Below are positions 23,265 to 35,300 of a stretch of 64,000 nt of DNA, one piece after another (positions within the stretch are counted from its first letter, which is position 1; each line of letters begins with the position of its first letter). The DNA comes from Dendrobates tinctorius (lineage: Eukaryota): positions 19,096,001-19,160,000 of the forward strand of contig NW_027361727.1 of NCBI RefSeq assembly GCF_039654945.1, given 5' to 3'. Made by a program: the position numbers and the translations under genes. Below the pieces are notes generated by a model. It was given only the letters and a program-made list of their open reading frames with translations, did not search any database and had not been told where the DNA came from.

Positions 23265-26200
23265 TGTTATGAACTCATTTTCTGCTTCTCCTGTTGAGAG
23301 CTCTCCTTCCGTTCTCCCTCTGGTGGTGACAGGAGGTAGTGAGGTTGGTTTAAGTGGTAGTGATCTGCCACCTGATGAAGAAGATAACAATTGGATCTCT
23401 GGAGTATCAGACTGGATATAAGACAGCCGACGCCCTATCCTAGTGCTGGTGATTCAGTCTGCTTCTCAGGTCCTGGACTTCAGCTCTCTTCCAGTCTTCT
23501 CAAGTTAAGTTTGTTTTTTGCTTATGTCACACTTGTGCTTGTTGGTCAATTCAGTTTCTTGTGTAATCAGCCTGTCCCTGCTGGGGCTATGCTGAATTTA
23601 CACTCCTATTTATCAGTATTTGCCAATCTGCTTTTTGTCCCTTATTAGATTGGCCTCTTTTTGCTCTGTCTCAGAATATTTCAGAGCGCTGATATAGGTT
23701 TTGAAGTCTAGTGACTTCAGGGTTAATTTTGCTATCAGAAGTGTTGGACAATATTTTTGTAGGTTTTTTTTGGCAGATTGCAGACAGTGTCTTTCCTTTC
23801 CTGTCCTTTTTAGTTAGCCGGGCCCCATCGTTTGCTCAGCCTATATTCCTGCCTTTGTTTGTATTTTCAACTTGTTTCACCGTCAATACATGTGGGGGGC
23901 TGTCTTTCCTTTGGGGTCTGCTCTGGGGCAGTTAGTTTTCCTCTTTTCCTGCTTTAGGCTTATGTAGCTCTCCGGTTGTGACGAGGTGTCTAGGACCATC
24001 ATAGGAACGCTCCACGACTGCTGCTAGTTGTGCGGTTAAGATCAGGGATCTGCAATCTGCATAGTTACCAACTTCTCTGGTTTTCTGAGACTTAGCTTGT
24101 TGTCTTTTTTTTGCCCTCCTCAGTGACCCATTCATAACAGAATCACCAGCCATACCGCAGATTCTAGGGTACTCAAAAGCAGGAAAGAATTGTTAAAGAA
24201 AAAAAAAAGTGTCAGAATTTTTTTTTTTTTAATGTATTTTTTCCTCTTTTTCTCTGGGGCCATAGGAGGATTTTTTTTCCTAATGGAGATTAAGCAACTG
24301 TCTGATCGTGTGGAGCAGCTTGCTGCTGAAGTACAGGGAATTTCCTCCTACCTTATTCAGTCACATGCTGCTGAACCCAAGATTCCTACTCTTGATGTTT
24401 TCTGGGGATCGGTCTAAATTTCTGAATTTTAAGAATAATTGTAAATTATTTCTTGCTTTGAAGCCTAACTCATTGGGGAGCTCTGTGCAGCAGGTTAAAA
24501 TTATCATCTCCTTGCTGCACGGCGATCCCCAAGAATGGGCTTTTCCTCTGACACCTGAAAATCCTATTCTGACTAATGTGGATGCATTTTTTCAGGCCTT
24601 GGGGTTGTATGATGAACCTAATGCCGTTGATCAAGCTGAGAGAACCCTGTTGGCATTAAACCAGGGTCAGGATCCTGCTGAGTTGTACTGTCAAAAATTC
24701 TGAAAGTGGGCGGTCCTTACTACATGGAATGATAGTGCATTGGCAGCTCTCTTTCGGAAAGGTTTGTCAGAGACCGTAAAAGATGTTATGGTGGGTGGGA
24801 TTTCCTGTTCCCTCTGGTCTGGATGGCTCTATGTCATTAGCCATTCAAGTTGATCGGCGTTTACGTGAACGTAAAACTACACGGGAGGCGCTGCCACCTT
24901 TTGAACAAATGTCTGAACCTATGCAATGTGATGGGGTTTTGTCTAGGGCACAACGTCGGGAGTTTAGAAGACGTAATAAGCTGTGTTTTTTCTGTGGAGA
25001 CGCCTCTCATACTATTTCTGTCTGCCCTAAACAAGAGAAACGTTTTGCACACACATTTGCTGTGGGCAGTATACAACCTAAGTTCCTTTTGGCAATTACT
25101 CTGATCTGCTCCTTGTCCACATTTTCCACTAAGGCATTTGTGGATTCAGGAGCAGCTCTGAATCTGATAGATTTGGACTTTGCTAAACATTGTGGTTTGT
25201 CCATGACGCCTCTGCAGATGCCTATTCCTTTGAGGGGTATTGATGCCACTCCTTTGGCGGAGAATAAGCCTCAGTTTTGGACCCAGGTGATAATGCGAGT
25301 TTCCCCAGACCACCAAGAAAATTGTAAATTTTTGGTGCTGCATAATTTGCATGATACTATTGTCTGGGGTTCCCCTGGTTGCAAACTCATAACCCAGTTT
25401 TGGATTGGAAATCTGTGTCTGTGGTGAGATGGGGTTGTCAGTGTGTTCTTAGAGACACTCCTGTTTTCTCCACCTCTCCTCAGTCTCATGATATTCCTGA
25501 TTATCTGGCTGATTTCTCTGATGTTTTTAGTGAGAGTAAGTCTGCGTCTTTACCTCCTCATAGGAGTTATGACTGTGCAACTGACTTGATGCCTGGGTGT
25601 AAATTTCCCAAGGGTCGGCTTTTCAACTTATCTGTACCCGAACCGAACATAATGCTATGCGATCCTATATTAAGGAGTCGTTGGAGAAGGGTCATATTAG
25701 ACCATCCTCATCACCGTTAGGCGCTGTTTTTTTTTGTGGCCAAGAAAGATGGTTAATTAAGACCGTGTATTGTTTATCGTTCCCTTAACAAGATGACGGT
25801 TAAATATCAGTACCCGTTACCTCTGATGTCTGATTTATTCTCCAGAGTTAAGAGTGCCTGCTGGTTTACTAAGCTTGACCTCAGGGGAGCGTATAATCTT
25901 ATTCTCATCAAGCACGGGGATGAATGGAAGACGGCATTTAATACTCCGGAGGGACATTTTGAGTACCTGGTGATGCCTTTTGGGCTCATTAATGCCCCTT
26001 CTGTCTTCCAGTCCTTTATGAATGATATTTTCTGAGACTTTGTGGATAAGTTTTTGATCATCTATCTGGATGATATTTTGATCTTTTCTAGTGATTGGGA
26101 TTCCCATGTGGAACATGTCCGGACTGTGTTCCGGATTTTGAGGGAGAATTCCCTGTTTGTTAAGGGATCGAAGTGCCTCTTTGGTGTACAGAGGATTTCA

Positions 26201-29200
26201 TTTTTGGGATTTATCTTGTCTCCATCGACAATTGAAATGGACCCGGCCAAGGTACAGGCCATTTATGATTGGGTTCAGCCTACTTCTTTGAAGGCTCTCC
26301 AGAAGTTTTTGGGTTTTTCTAATTTCTATCGTAAATTTATAGATAATTTTTCTAGTATTGTCAGACCACTGACTGATCTGACCAAGAAGGGAGCTGATGT
26401 GCTGAATTGGTCTCCTGAGGCTGTCTCAGCATTTCAGGAGCTTAAACGGAGAGTTACTTCAGCTCCTGTTTTACGGCAACCTGATGTCTCACTTCCATTT
26501 CAAGTGGAGGTGGACGCTTCTGAGATTGGTGCAGGAGCTGTTTTGTCCCAAAAAGACCCTGTGACTTCTAAGATGAATCCCTGTGGCTTCTTTTCTCAAA
26601 AGTTTTCCCCATCTGAACGCAACTATGACGTGGGGAATCGGGAATTGTTGGCCATGAAATGGGCATTTGAGGCGTGGAGACATTGGTTGGAGGGAGCTAG
26701 ACATCAATTTGTGGTCCTCACCGATCACAAGAATCTGATTTATCTGGAGTTGGACAAATGCTTGAATCCTAGACAGGCTAGATGGGCCTTGTTTTTCACG
26801 CGTTTTAATTTTGTGGTCTCTTTTCTTCCGGGCACTAAGAATGTTAAGGCAAATGCCCTTTCTAGGAGTTTCTTTGCTGATTCTCTTAATGTGACCGAGC
26901 CTACTTCTATTCTAGGTGAGGGGGTAGTTCTTTCTGCCATTTCGCCCGATTTGAGACGCGCCCTGGAGGAATTTCAGGAGGATAGGCCTGAGCGTTGCCC
27001 TATGGGAAGATTGTATGCTCCTGACCAGTGGAGAAAGAGAGTGATGTCTGAAGTCCATTGCTTCGCATTGGCTGGTCATCCGGGTATTTTTGGTACCAGA
27101 GATTTGGTGAGTCGGTCCTTTCAGTGGCCTGCCTTTCTCGTGATGTCAGGAATTTTGTGCAGTCCTGTGGGACTTGATCTCGGTCTAAACCCTGTTCTCG
27201 TTCTAGTGGGTTGCTGATGCCCCTGCCGGTGCCCAAGAGGCCATGGACCCATATCTCAATGGATTTTATTTCTGATCTTCCTGTCTCTCAGAGAATGACT
27301 GTTATCTGGGTGATTTGTGATAGATTTTCGAAGATGGACCATCTTGTACCACTCCCAAAGTTGCCATCTTCCGCTGAGTTGTGCCCTTATTTTTACAACA
27401 GGTGGTTTGGTTACACGGGATTCCTGAGAACATTGTGTCCAATAGAGGGGTCCAGTTTGTTTCAGATTCTGGAAAGCCTTTTGTTCCAATCTGGGAATTC
27501 AGTTATCCTTCTCATCCGCGTTTCATCCCCAGACCAATGGGCAGACTGAGAGAACAAACCAGACCCTGGAGTCTTATTTAAGATGTTTTATATCTGCTGA
27601 TCAAGATGATTGGGTCTCATTTTTGCCCTTGGCCGAATTTGCGCTGAACAATAGAGCTAGTTCTGCCACTCTGATGTCACCCTTTTTTTTGTAATTTTGG
27701 GTTTCATCCTCGATTCTCTTCAGGGCAAGTGGAATCTTCATCCTGCCCAGGTGTGGACACTGTGGTTGTGAGAATGCAGCAGATATGGGACCAAGTGGTG
27801 GATAAGTTGTCACTCTCTCAGGAAAAGGCCCAGCGTTTTTCCAACCGGCGTAGGACCATTGGTCCCCGGTTTAAAGTGGGTGATATGGTTTGGTTGTCGT
27901 CTAAGAATATTCCTATGAAGGTTGCATCTCCAAAATTTAAGCCAAGATTTATTGGACCTTATAAGATTTTGGAGATTCTTAATCCTGTTTCTTTTCGATT
28001 GGCTCTTCCAGTTACGTTCAAAATCCATAACGTATTTCACAAGTCACTGTTGAAGAGGTTTGTTGAGCGAGTAGTTCCTGTGGCAGCACCTCCTGATCCT
28101 GTATTGGTTAAAGGCAATGTGGAATATGAGGTAGAGAAAATATTTGATTCTCGTTTGGTTAGACGGAGACTCCAGTATTTGGTCAAATGGAAGGGTTATG
28201 GCCAGGAGGATAATTCTTGGGTCTCTGCCTCTGATATTCATGCCAATAAATTGGTTCGTGCTTTTCACCGGGCCCATCCTGATCGGCCTGGTGGCATGGA
28301 TGAGGGTTCGGTGACCCCTCGTCAAGGGGGGGTACTGTTATGAACTCATTTTCTGCTCCACCAGTTGAGAGTTCCCCTTCCGTTCTCCCTCTGGTGGTGA
28401 CAGGAGGTAGTGAGGTTGGTTTAAGTGGTAGTGATCTGCCACCTGATGAGGAAGATAACGATTGGATCTCTGGAGTAGCAGACTGGATATAAGACAGCCG
28501 ACGCCCTATCCTAGTGCTGGGGATTCAGTCTGCTTCTCAGGTCCTGGACTTAAGCTCTCTTCCAGTCTTCTCAAGTTAAGTTTGTTTTTTGCTTATGTCA
28601 CACTTGCGCTTGTTGGTCAATTCAGTTTCTTGTGTAATCAGCCTGCCCCTGCTGGGGCTATGCTTAATTTCCACTCCTATTTATCAGTATTTGCCAATCT
28701 GCTTTTTGTCCCTTATTAGATTGGTCTCTTTTTGCTCTGTCTCAGAATGTTTCAGAGTGCTGATATAGGTTTTGAAGTCTAGTGACTTCAGGGTTAATTT
28801 TGCTATCAGAAGTGTTGGACAATATTTTTGTAGGTTTTTTTTGACAGATTGCAGACAGTGTCTTTCCTTTCCTGTTGTTTTTAGTTAGCTGGGCCCCATC
28901 GCTTGCTCAGCCTATTTTCCTGCCTTTGTTTGTATTTTCATCTTGTTTCACCGTCAATACATGTGGGGGGCTGTCTTTCCTTTGGGGTCTGCTCTGCGCA
29001 GTTAGTTTTCCTCTTTTCCTGCTTTAGGCTTATGTAGCTCTCCGGTTGTGACGAGGTGTCTAGGACCATCGTAGGAACGCTCCACGACTGCTGCTAGTTG
29101 TGCGGTTAAGATCAGGGATCTGCAATCTGCATAGTTACCAACTTCTCTGGTTTTCTGAGACTTAGCTTGTTGTCTTTTTTTTTCCCTCCTCAGTGACCCA

Positions 29201-29209
29201 TTCATAACA
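23265..29209 (+). mobile_element. Full-length Ty3/Gypsy chromovirus (sushi/Tf1-like), LTRs 23265-24139 and 28336-29209
   Basis: TGTTATGAA...TTCATAACA LTRs of ~875 bp; flanking GTCCCC duplication; PPT AAGGGGGGG at ~28324; gag-pol motifs. Confidence 0.95.
24282..28343 (+). pseudogene. gag-pol polyprotein remnant (Gag, Zn knuckle, PR, RT, RNase H, IN, chromodomain) with stops and frameshifts
   Basis: CFFCGDASHTISVC, FVDSGA, LDLRGAY, YLDDILI, EVDAS, TDHKNL, GHPG, YEVEKI...YLVKWKGY...NSW. Confidence 0.93.
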
Positions 29210-32200
29210 GTCCCCGGTGTCCCACCGGGCAGCGCTCACTGCCACTACGCCTGCACCGGAGTTGGAAGAGGTCCCTACTGAGAAGGGTACGGCTGGAACA
29301 GGCGTGCATGATTCGGCATCTTCGGGCATTGGAGGAGTCTAGGTCGCTTTGGGATAGTGATCTCGGGATCCCTTGGCTCCCGAGTCCCCATGTAGTCACC
29401 TATCAGCGCCAACAAGCTTTGGCATCCCTCGGTGCTAGGCCACGCACCAGAGCACCGGAACTAGCAAGCAACCAGCAACAGGATGAAGACCCCCCAAAGT
29501 ATCACATCTGGTAGCAGTTCCCTATCATCAGCTTCCAGAACCCCAGGAGGGGCCCACCAACATTAAAGGAAGTACCTACAACATAACTCTCGTTACCCAG
29601 GAGGCTATTTGCACAGTTGTGCCATCGTTTTCTATTTTTGTACCAGTTTTCCTATTTTTGGTTATCATGCCCTAGCTTATTTTTCCACTGTTGCCCTGTT
29701 TTGTTGGCAGCCTTTCCATTGAACTAAGGAGATCATGAACGCTGAATGGTCCAGAACTGCAGTTGTAAATAGTTGCACCTCTTTAGGTGCCCTCTCTTGG
29801 TTTTACATAGAACACTTTGCGAAGATAACGTCTACCTCATTTGGAGCATGACTCCAATCAAAGGACACTGCAAGAGATCCTGGCTGGGAGCAGTGTCCAG
29901 CACTTACAAGAATTATTGAAAAGTTTAATGTGAAGTATTTGATAATGATGTGTCTTATGAGAGTAAATGGCTTTTATATATAGAATATTAAAATAAAGAG
30001 ATAAGAGATTTGGATAGAGAATAATAAAGAATTGAAAATGTAGATGATGAACCAGGCACCACGGTTGTCACTCAGAGTGAAGAGAAAAGAAATGTGTTGA
30101 TGAAGAATACTGAAGTGGTAGTGTGTAACAGACAATAGCACTGTGAATTAAGTATTGTATAGAAAATTGCACTTTTGACTTAGGATTTTAGATAGTTAAT
30201 TAAGAATTGTTTGCAGCGTTCAAAAATGAGTGCCTCTCACATTGGGAAGTTTAGTATAAGAAATGTTTATTCAGCATTACAAAAATTTGTAAGTTCCTGT
30301 ATTGTCAACTTTGTTTACCTTGCAGCCCGTGGACGTGCTGTGTTTAACGGGGGGGTATGTGGCGCCCCTGAGGCTCAGTCGCCACAGAGGTACTGCACCT
30401 CCTAAGGTGTGGTGCCCCACCATCCAGGTAAGTTGGAGGCTCCTGACCACGCTCCAACAATCGCACCCCACACAATAGAATAGTTCAGCAAAACCACATT
30501 GCGGCTCCTTGCTTAGAAAGAAGCAGAGCACCTTTGGTGGTTCCCTGCTTGGAACACTAAACGTGCTGGGAGGTGGGAGGAGTTGAGAATACACATAAAA
30601 GAGCGGGAAGGTTTTAGGATTAAGAGGTCAGACGGGGAGTCTGAGAGAGGAAGCCACTCGGAGAGGAGTGGGGATCCCTGGAAGAGGGATGGAGGAAGGA
30701 GTGCTGCAGCTGCCTCAGTGATCTGAGCCAGCTGGCACGGGAAAGGAAAGAAGGAGAAAGATATTGAACCAAAGCCTGAGCTTCCATAGGAGGGAAAGAC
30801 AAGTACGGAACGAAGGAGTGAAAGAGAACACAGAGGACGTGGGATAGAGGAAGAACCCTGCCTAGAAGTTCTAAGCGCAAGGCCGGGGCCCGGTCCCCGA
30901 GGTTGTATGGACACTAAAGGTTCCGCAGCAGACACCGGTGGAGTAGTGGGCTGTGAATGCACTACTCTCATCTAAGGCTTGGGGGCACAACAGCAACATG
31001 GATAGAGAGCCGGGACTCAGGAGTAGAGAGTCCCAGAAGCAGGCTACAGCTGTCTGCCATACAGGTAGAGTTCTTGGGAACATCTGTCAGGAGGAACTCC
31101 AGTGTAACTCAGTACTAGGAGATCTTCACACTAAAAGGCGCTATAGAGGAGATGTTCAGAAAAGGCACATAAGTTGGTGGAGTGATCGAAGGGAGCATTC
31201 CATCTTGTCTGGAGGTTGACTGAGTCCCTGACCCGGAGGACACGGCACAGAAGCGGGCACTACAGACTGTGAATAAAGCTTTGGAACTACATGTCCTGGT
31301 GTCCTCCATTCCTTGCTGCGTCCGTCCGCCTGGCACTGCTACATCCCCTGCGCCAAACACTACACCATCTAAGTGTCTCTTCACCTATCCTGCCCTGGGA
31401 CAGCAGCCCTGCCTGTGGAGGGCTATAACATCATTGCTGCATCACACCATCTGTCCCGGAGGATCTGTCTGCAGCATCGGCTTAACACCTCTCTTGCCGA
31501 ACACCAAAGGTGGCGTCACGAACTATTCCATTAACTACATCTCACCATTCACATCTTCCCATTTACTTGGGTGCCCAGGGCCACGGTCCGGGTCACCGCT
31601 GTTGTGACACGTCCCGCTGACACCGGCCCGGTACCGAGTACCCCACGGCCCTGGGAGGGCGACCCATAATTCTGGCGTTTTGACTTTTTTTTCTCGTAAC
31701 GCTATTTAGCGATCAGGTAAATTTTCTTATATTGATAGATCAGACGATTCTGAATGCGGCGATACCAAATATGTGCATATTTGATTTTTTTAATTTTATT
31801 TTCGATGGGGCGATTTGAACTTTTATATTTTTAAAACTTATTTTCTCATTTTTTTTTTTTTTTACATTTGGCATGCTTCAATAGTCCTCATGGGAGACTA
31901 GAAGCTACCATAACCCGATCAGCTCTGCTACATAGAGGTGATGATCAGATCGCCTGTATATAGCAGAATTGCTGACTTGCTATGAGCGCCGTCCACCAGG
32001 CGGCGCTCATAGCAATCCAGCAATGACAACCATAGAGGTCTGCTTGGAGACCTCTGGTTGTCATGCCAACCCATCGGTGACCTGCGATCACATCACGGGG
32101 GTCACTGATGGGCGGGATTTCCGAAGCGCTTGCCGGAAGCGCGTGTTAAATTTTAACGGGTTAACAGCTTCAGGTGGCTCGCAATTCCACCCCCGGCTGT

Positions 32201-32347
32201 TAGAGGCACATGGTCAGCTGTTCAAAACAGCTGACATTTGCCAGAAAAGATTTGGGCTCACTGCCCATAAAGGGAGGGTATCTGACATTGGCGTTAAAAT
32301 TTGCTTAAAAAAGCAGCAAAAATGCAGTATGTGAACATAGCCTAAGA

Positions 32348-35300
32348 CAGTGATGGCGATCCTATGGCACAGAGAGGGCACGCAGAACCATCTCAGCTGG
32401 CACGCGGCCTTGCCTCACTGCTCCGGAGCTGCAGCTTCCTTCCTCTCACTTATTGAGCGGCACGGCCGCGGAGCTGAATGATAATGTCATCCAGCTGCGG
32501 CCGCGCCACTCAATGTGTGGAAGGAAGCTGCGGCGCGGAGAGGTGTGTGTGGCCGCTGGTGTGTGTGCGTGTGGCCGCTGGTGTGTGTGTGTGGCCGCTG
32601 GTGTGTGTGTGATGGAGAGAGGGCTAATGATGGGGGTGATGGAGAAGGCAATGATGAGAGTGATGGAGAGAGGGCAATGATGGTGTAATGGGGAGGAGGA
32701 AATGATGGTGGTGGTGGAATGGGCAATTTCTATAAGAAGGGGAACATGATGAGGCATATTTCTACATGAAGGGGATCATGATGGGGCATATTTCTACATG
32801 AAGGAGATCATGATGGGGCATATTTCTACATGAAGGAGATCATGATGGGGCATATTTCTGCATGAAGGGGATCATGATGGGGCATATTTCTACATGAAGG
32901 AGATCATGATGGGGCATATTTCTACATGAAGGAGATCATGATGGGGCACATTTCTACATGAAGGAGATCATGATGGGGCATATTTCTGCATGAAGGGGAT
33001 CATGATGGGGCATATTTCTGCATGAAGGGGATCATGATGGGGCATATTTCTACATGAAGATCATGATGGGGCATATTTCTACATGAAGGAGATCATGATG
33101 GGGCATATTTCTGCATGAAGGGGATCATGATGGGGCATATTTCTACATGAAGGAGATCATGATGGGGCATATTTCTGCATGAAGGGGATCATGATGGGGC
33201 ATATTTCTACATGAAGGAGATCATGATGGGGCATATTTCTACATGAAGGAGATCATGATGGGGCATATTTCTGCATGAAGGGGATCATGATGGGGCATAT
33301 TTCTACATGAAGATCATGATGGGGCATATTTCTACATGAAGGAGATCATGATGGGGCATATTTCTGCATGAAGGGGATCATGATGGGGCATATTTCTACA
33401 TGAAGGAGATCATGATGGGGCATATTTCTACATGAAGGAGATCATGATGGGGCATATTTCTACATGAAGGAGATCATGATGGGGCATATTTCTGCATGAA
33501 GGGGATCATGATGGGGCATATTTCTACATGAAGGAGATCATGATGGGGCATATTTCTACATGAAGGAGATCATGATGGGGCATATTTCTACATGAAGGAG
33601 ATCATGATGGGGCATATTTCTACATGAAGGAGATCATGATGGGGCATATTTCTGCATGAAGGGGATCATGATGGGGCATATTTCTGCATGAAGGGGATCA
33701 TGATGGGGCATATTTCTACATGAAGATCATGATGGGGCATATTTCTACATGAAGGAGATCATGATGGGGCATATTTCTGCATGAAGGGGATCATGATGGG
33801 GCATATTTCTACATGAAGGAGATCATGATGGGGCATATTTCTGCATGAAGGGGATCATGATGGGGCATATTTCTACATGAAGGAGATCATGATGGGGCAT
33901 ATTTCTACATGAAGGAGATCATGATGGGGCATATTTCTGCATGAAGGGGATCATGATGGGGCATATTTCTACATGAAGATCATGATGGGGCATATTTCTA
34001 CATGAAGGAGATCATGATGGGGCATATTTCTGCATGAAGGGGATCATGATAGGGCATATTTCTACATGAAGGAGATCATGATGGGGCATATTTCTACATG
34101 AAGGAGATCATGATGGGGCATATTTCTGCATGAAGGGGATCATGATGGGGCATATTTCTACATGAAGGAGATCATGATGGGGCATATTTCTACATGAAGG
34201 AGATCATGATGGGGCATATTTCTGCATGAAGGGGATCATGATGGGGCATATATCTACATGAAGGAGATCATGATGGGGCATATTTCTACATGAAGGAGAT
34301 CATGATGGGGCATATTTCTGCATGAAGGGGATCATGATGGGGCATATTTCTACATGAAGGAGATCATGATGGGGCATATTTCTACATGAAGGAGATCATG
34401 ATGGGGCATATTTCTACATGAAGGAGATCATGATGGGGCATATTTCTACATGAAGGGGATCATGATGGGGCATATTCCTACATGAAAGGGATCATGATGG
34501 GGCATATTACTACATGAAGGGGATCATGATGGGGCATATTTCTACATGAAGGGGATCATGATGGGGCATATTTCTGCATGATGGGGATGTTGGGGCATAT
34601 TACTACATGAAGGGGATCATGATGGGGCATATTTCTGCATGAAGGGGATCATGATGGGGCATATTTCTGCATGAAGGGGATCATGATGGGGCATATTACT
34701 GCATGAAGGGGATCATGATGGGGCATATTACTACATGAAGGGGATCATGATGGGGCATATTTCTACATGAAGGGGATCATGATGAGGCATATTTCTGCAT
34801 GAAGGGGATCATGATGGGGCATATTTCTGCATGAAGGGGATCATGATGGGGCATATTACTGCATGAAGTGGATCATGATGGGGCATATTTATACAAGAAG
34901 GGGATCATGATGAGGCATATTTCTGCATGAAGGGGATCATGATGGGGCATATTTCTGCATGAAGGGGATCATGATGGGGCATATTTCTGCATGAAAGGGA
35001 TCATGATGGGGCATATTTCTGCATGAAGGGGATCATGATGGGGCATATTTCTGCACGAAGGGGATCATGATGAGGCATATTTCTGCATGAAGGGGATCAT
35101 GATGGGCCATATTACTACATGAAGGGGATCATGATGGGGCATATTACTACATGAAGGAGATCATGATGGGGCATATTACTACATGAAGGAGATCATGATG
35201 GGGCATATTACTACATGAAGGAGATCATGATGGGGCATATTTCTGCATGAAGGGGATCATGATGGGGCATATTACTACATGAAGGGGATCATGATGGAGC

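Larger units (their letters stand above)
21431..31666 (+). mobile_element. Non-autonomous LTR retrotransposon (LTRs 21431-22425 and 30358-31666)
   Basis: TG...CA LTR pair; 4-bp TSD TAAT; PBS at 22429-22446; PPT-like AACGGGGGGG before 30358; no pol in its own ~2-kb internal region. Confidence 0.9.
21100..32290. mobile_element. Degenerate DNA-transposon-like repeat (21100-21430 + 31671-32290) that hosts the LTR nest
   Basis: Sequence reads continuously across the TAAT target duplication (AAAAAGTAAT | TCTGGCGTTTT). Family assignment is uncertain. Confidence 0.5.

Noticed and set aside
22486-23421. 311-aa ORF as a host gene
   Set aside because: It is chimeric: the LTR-element ORF reads through into the nested chromovirus LTR after 23264.
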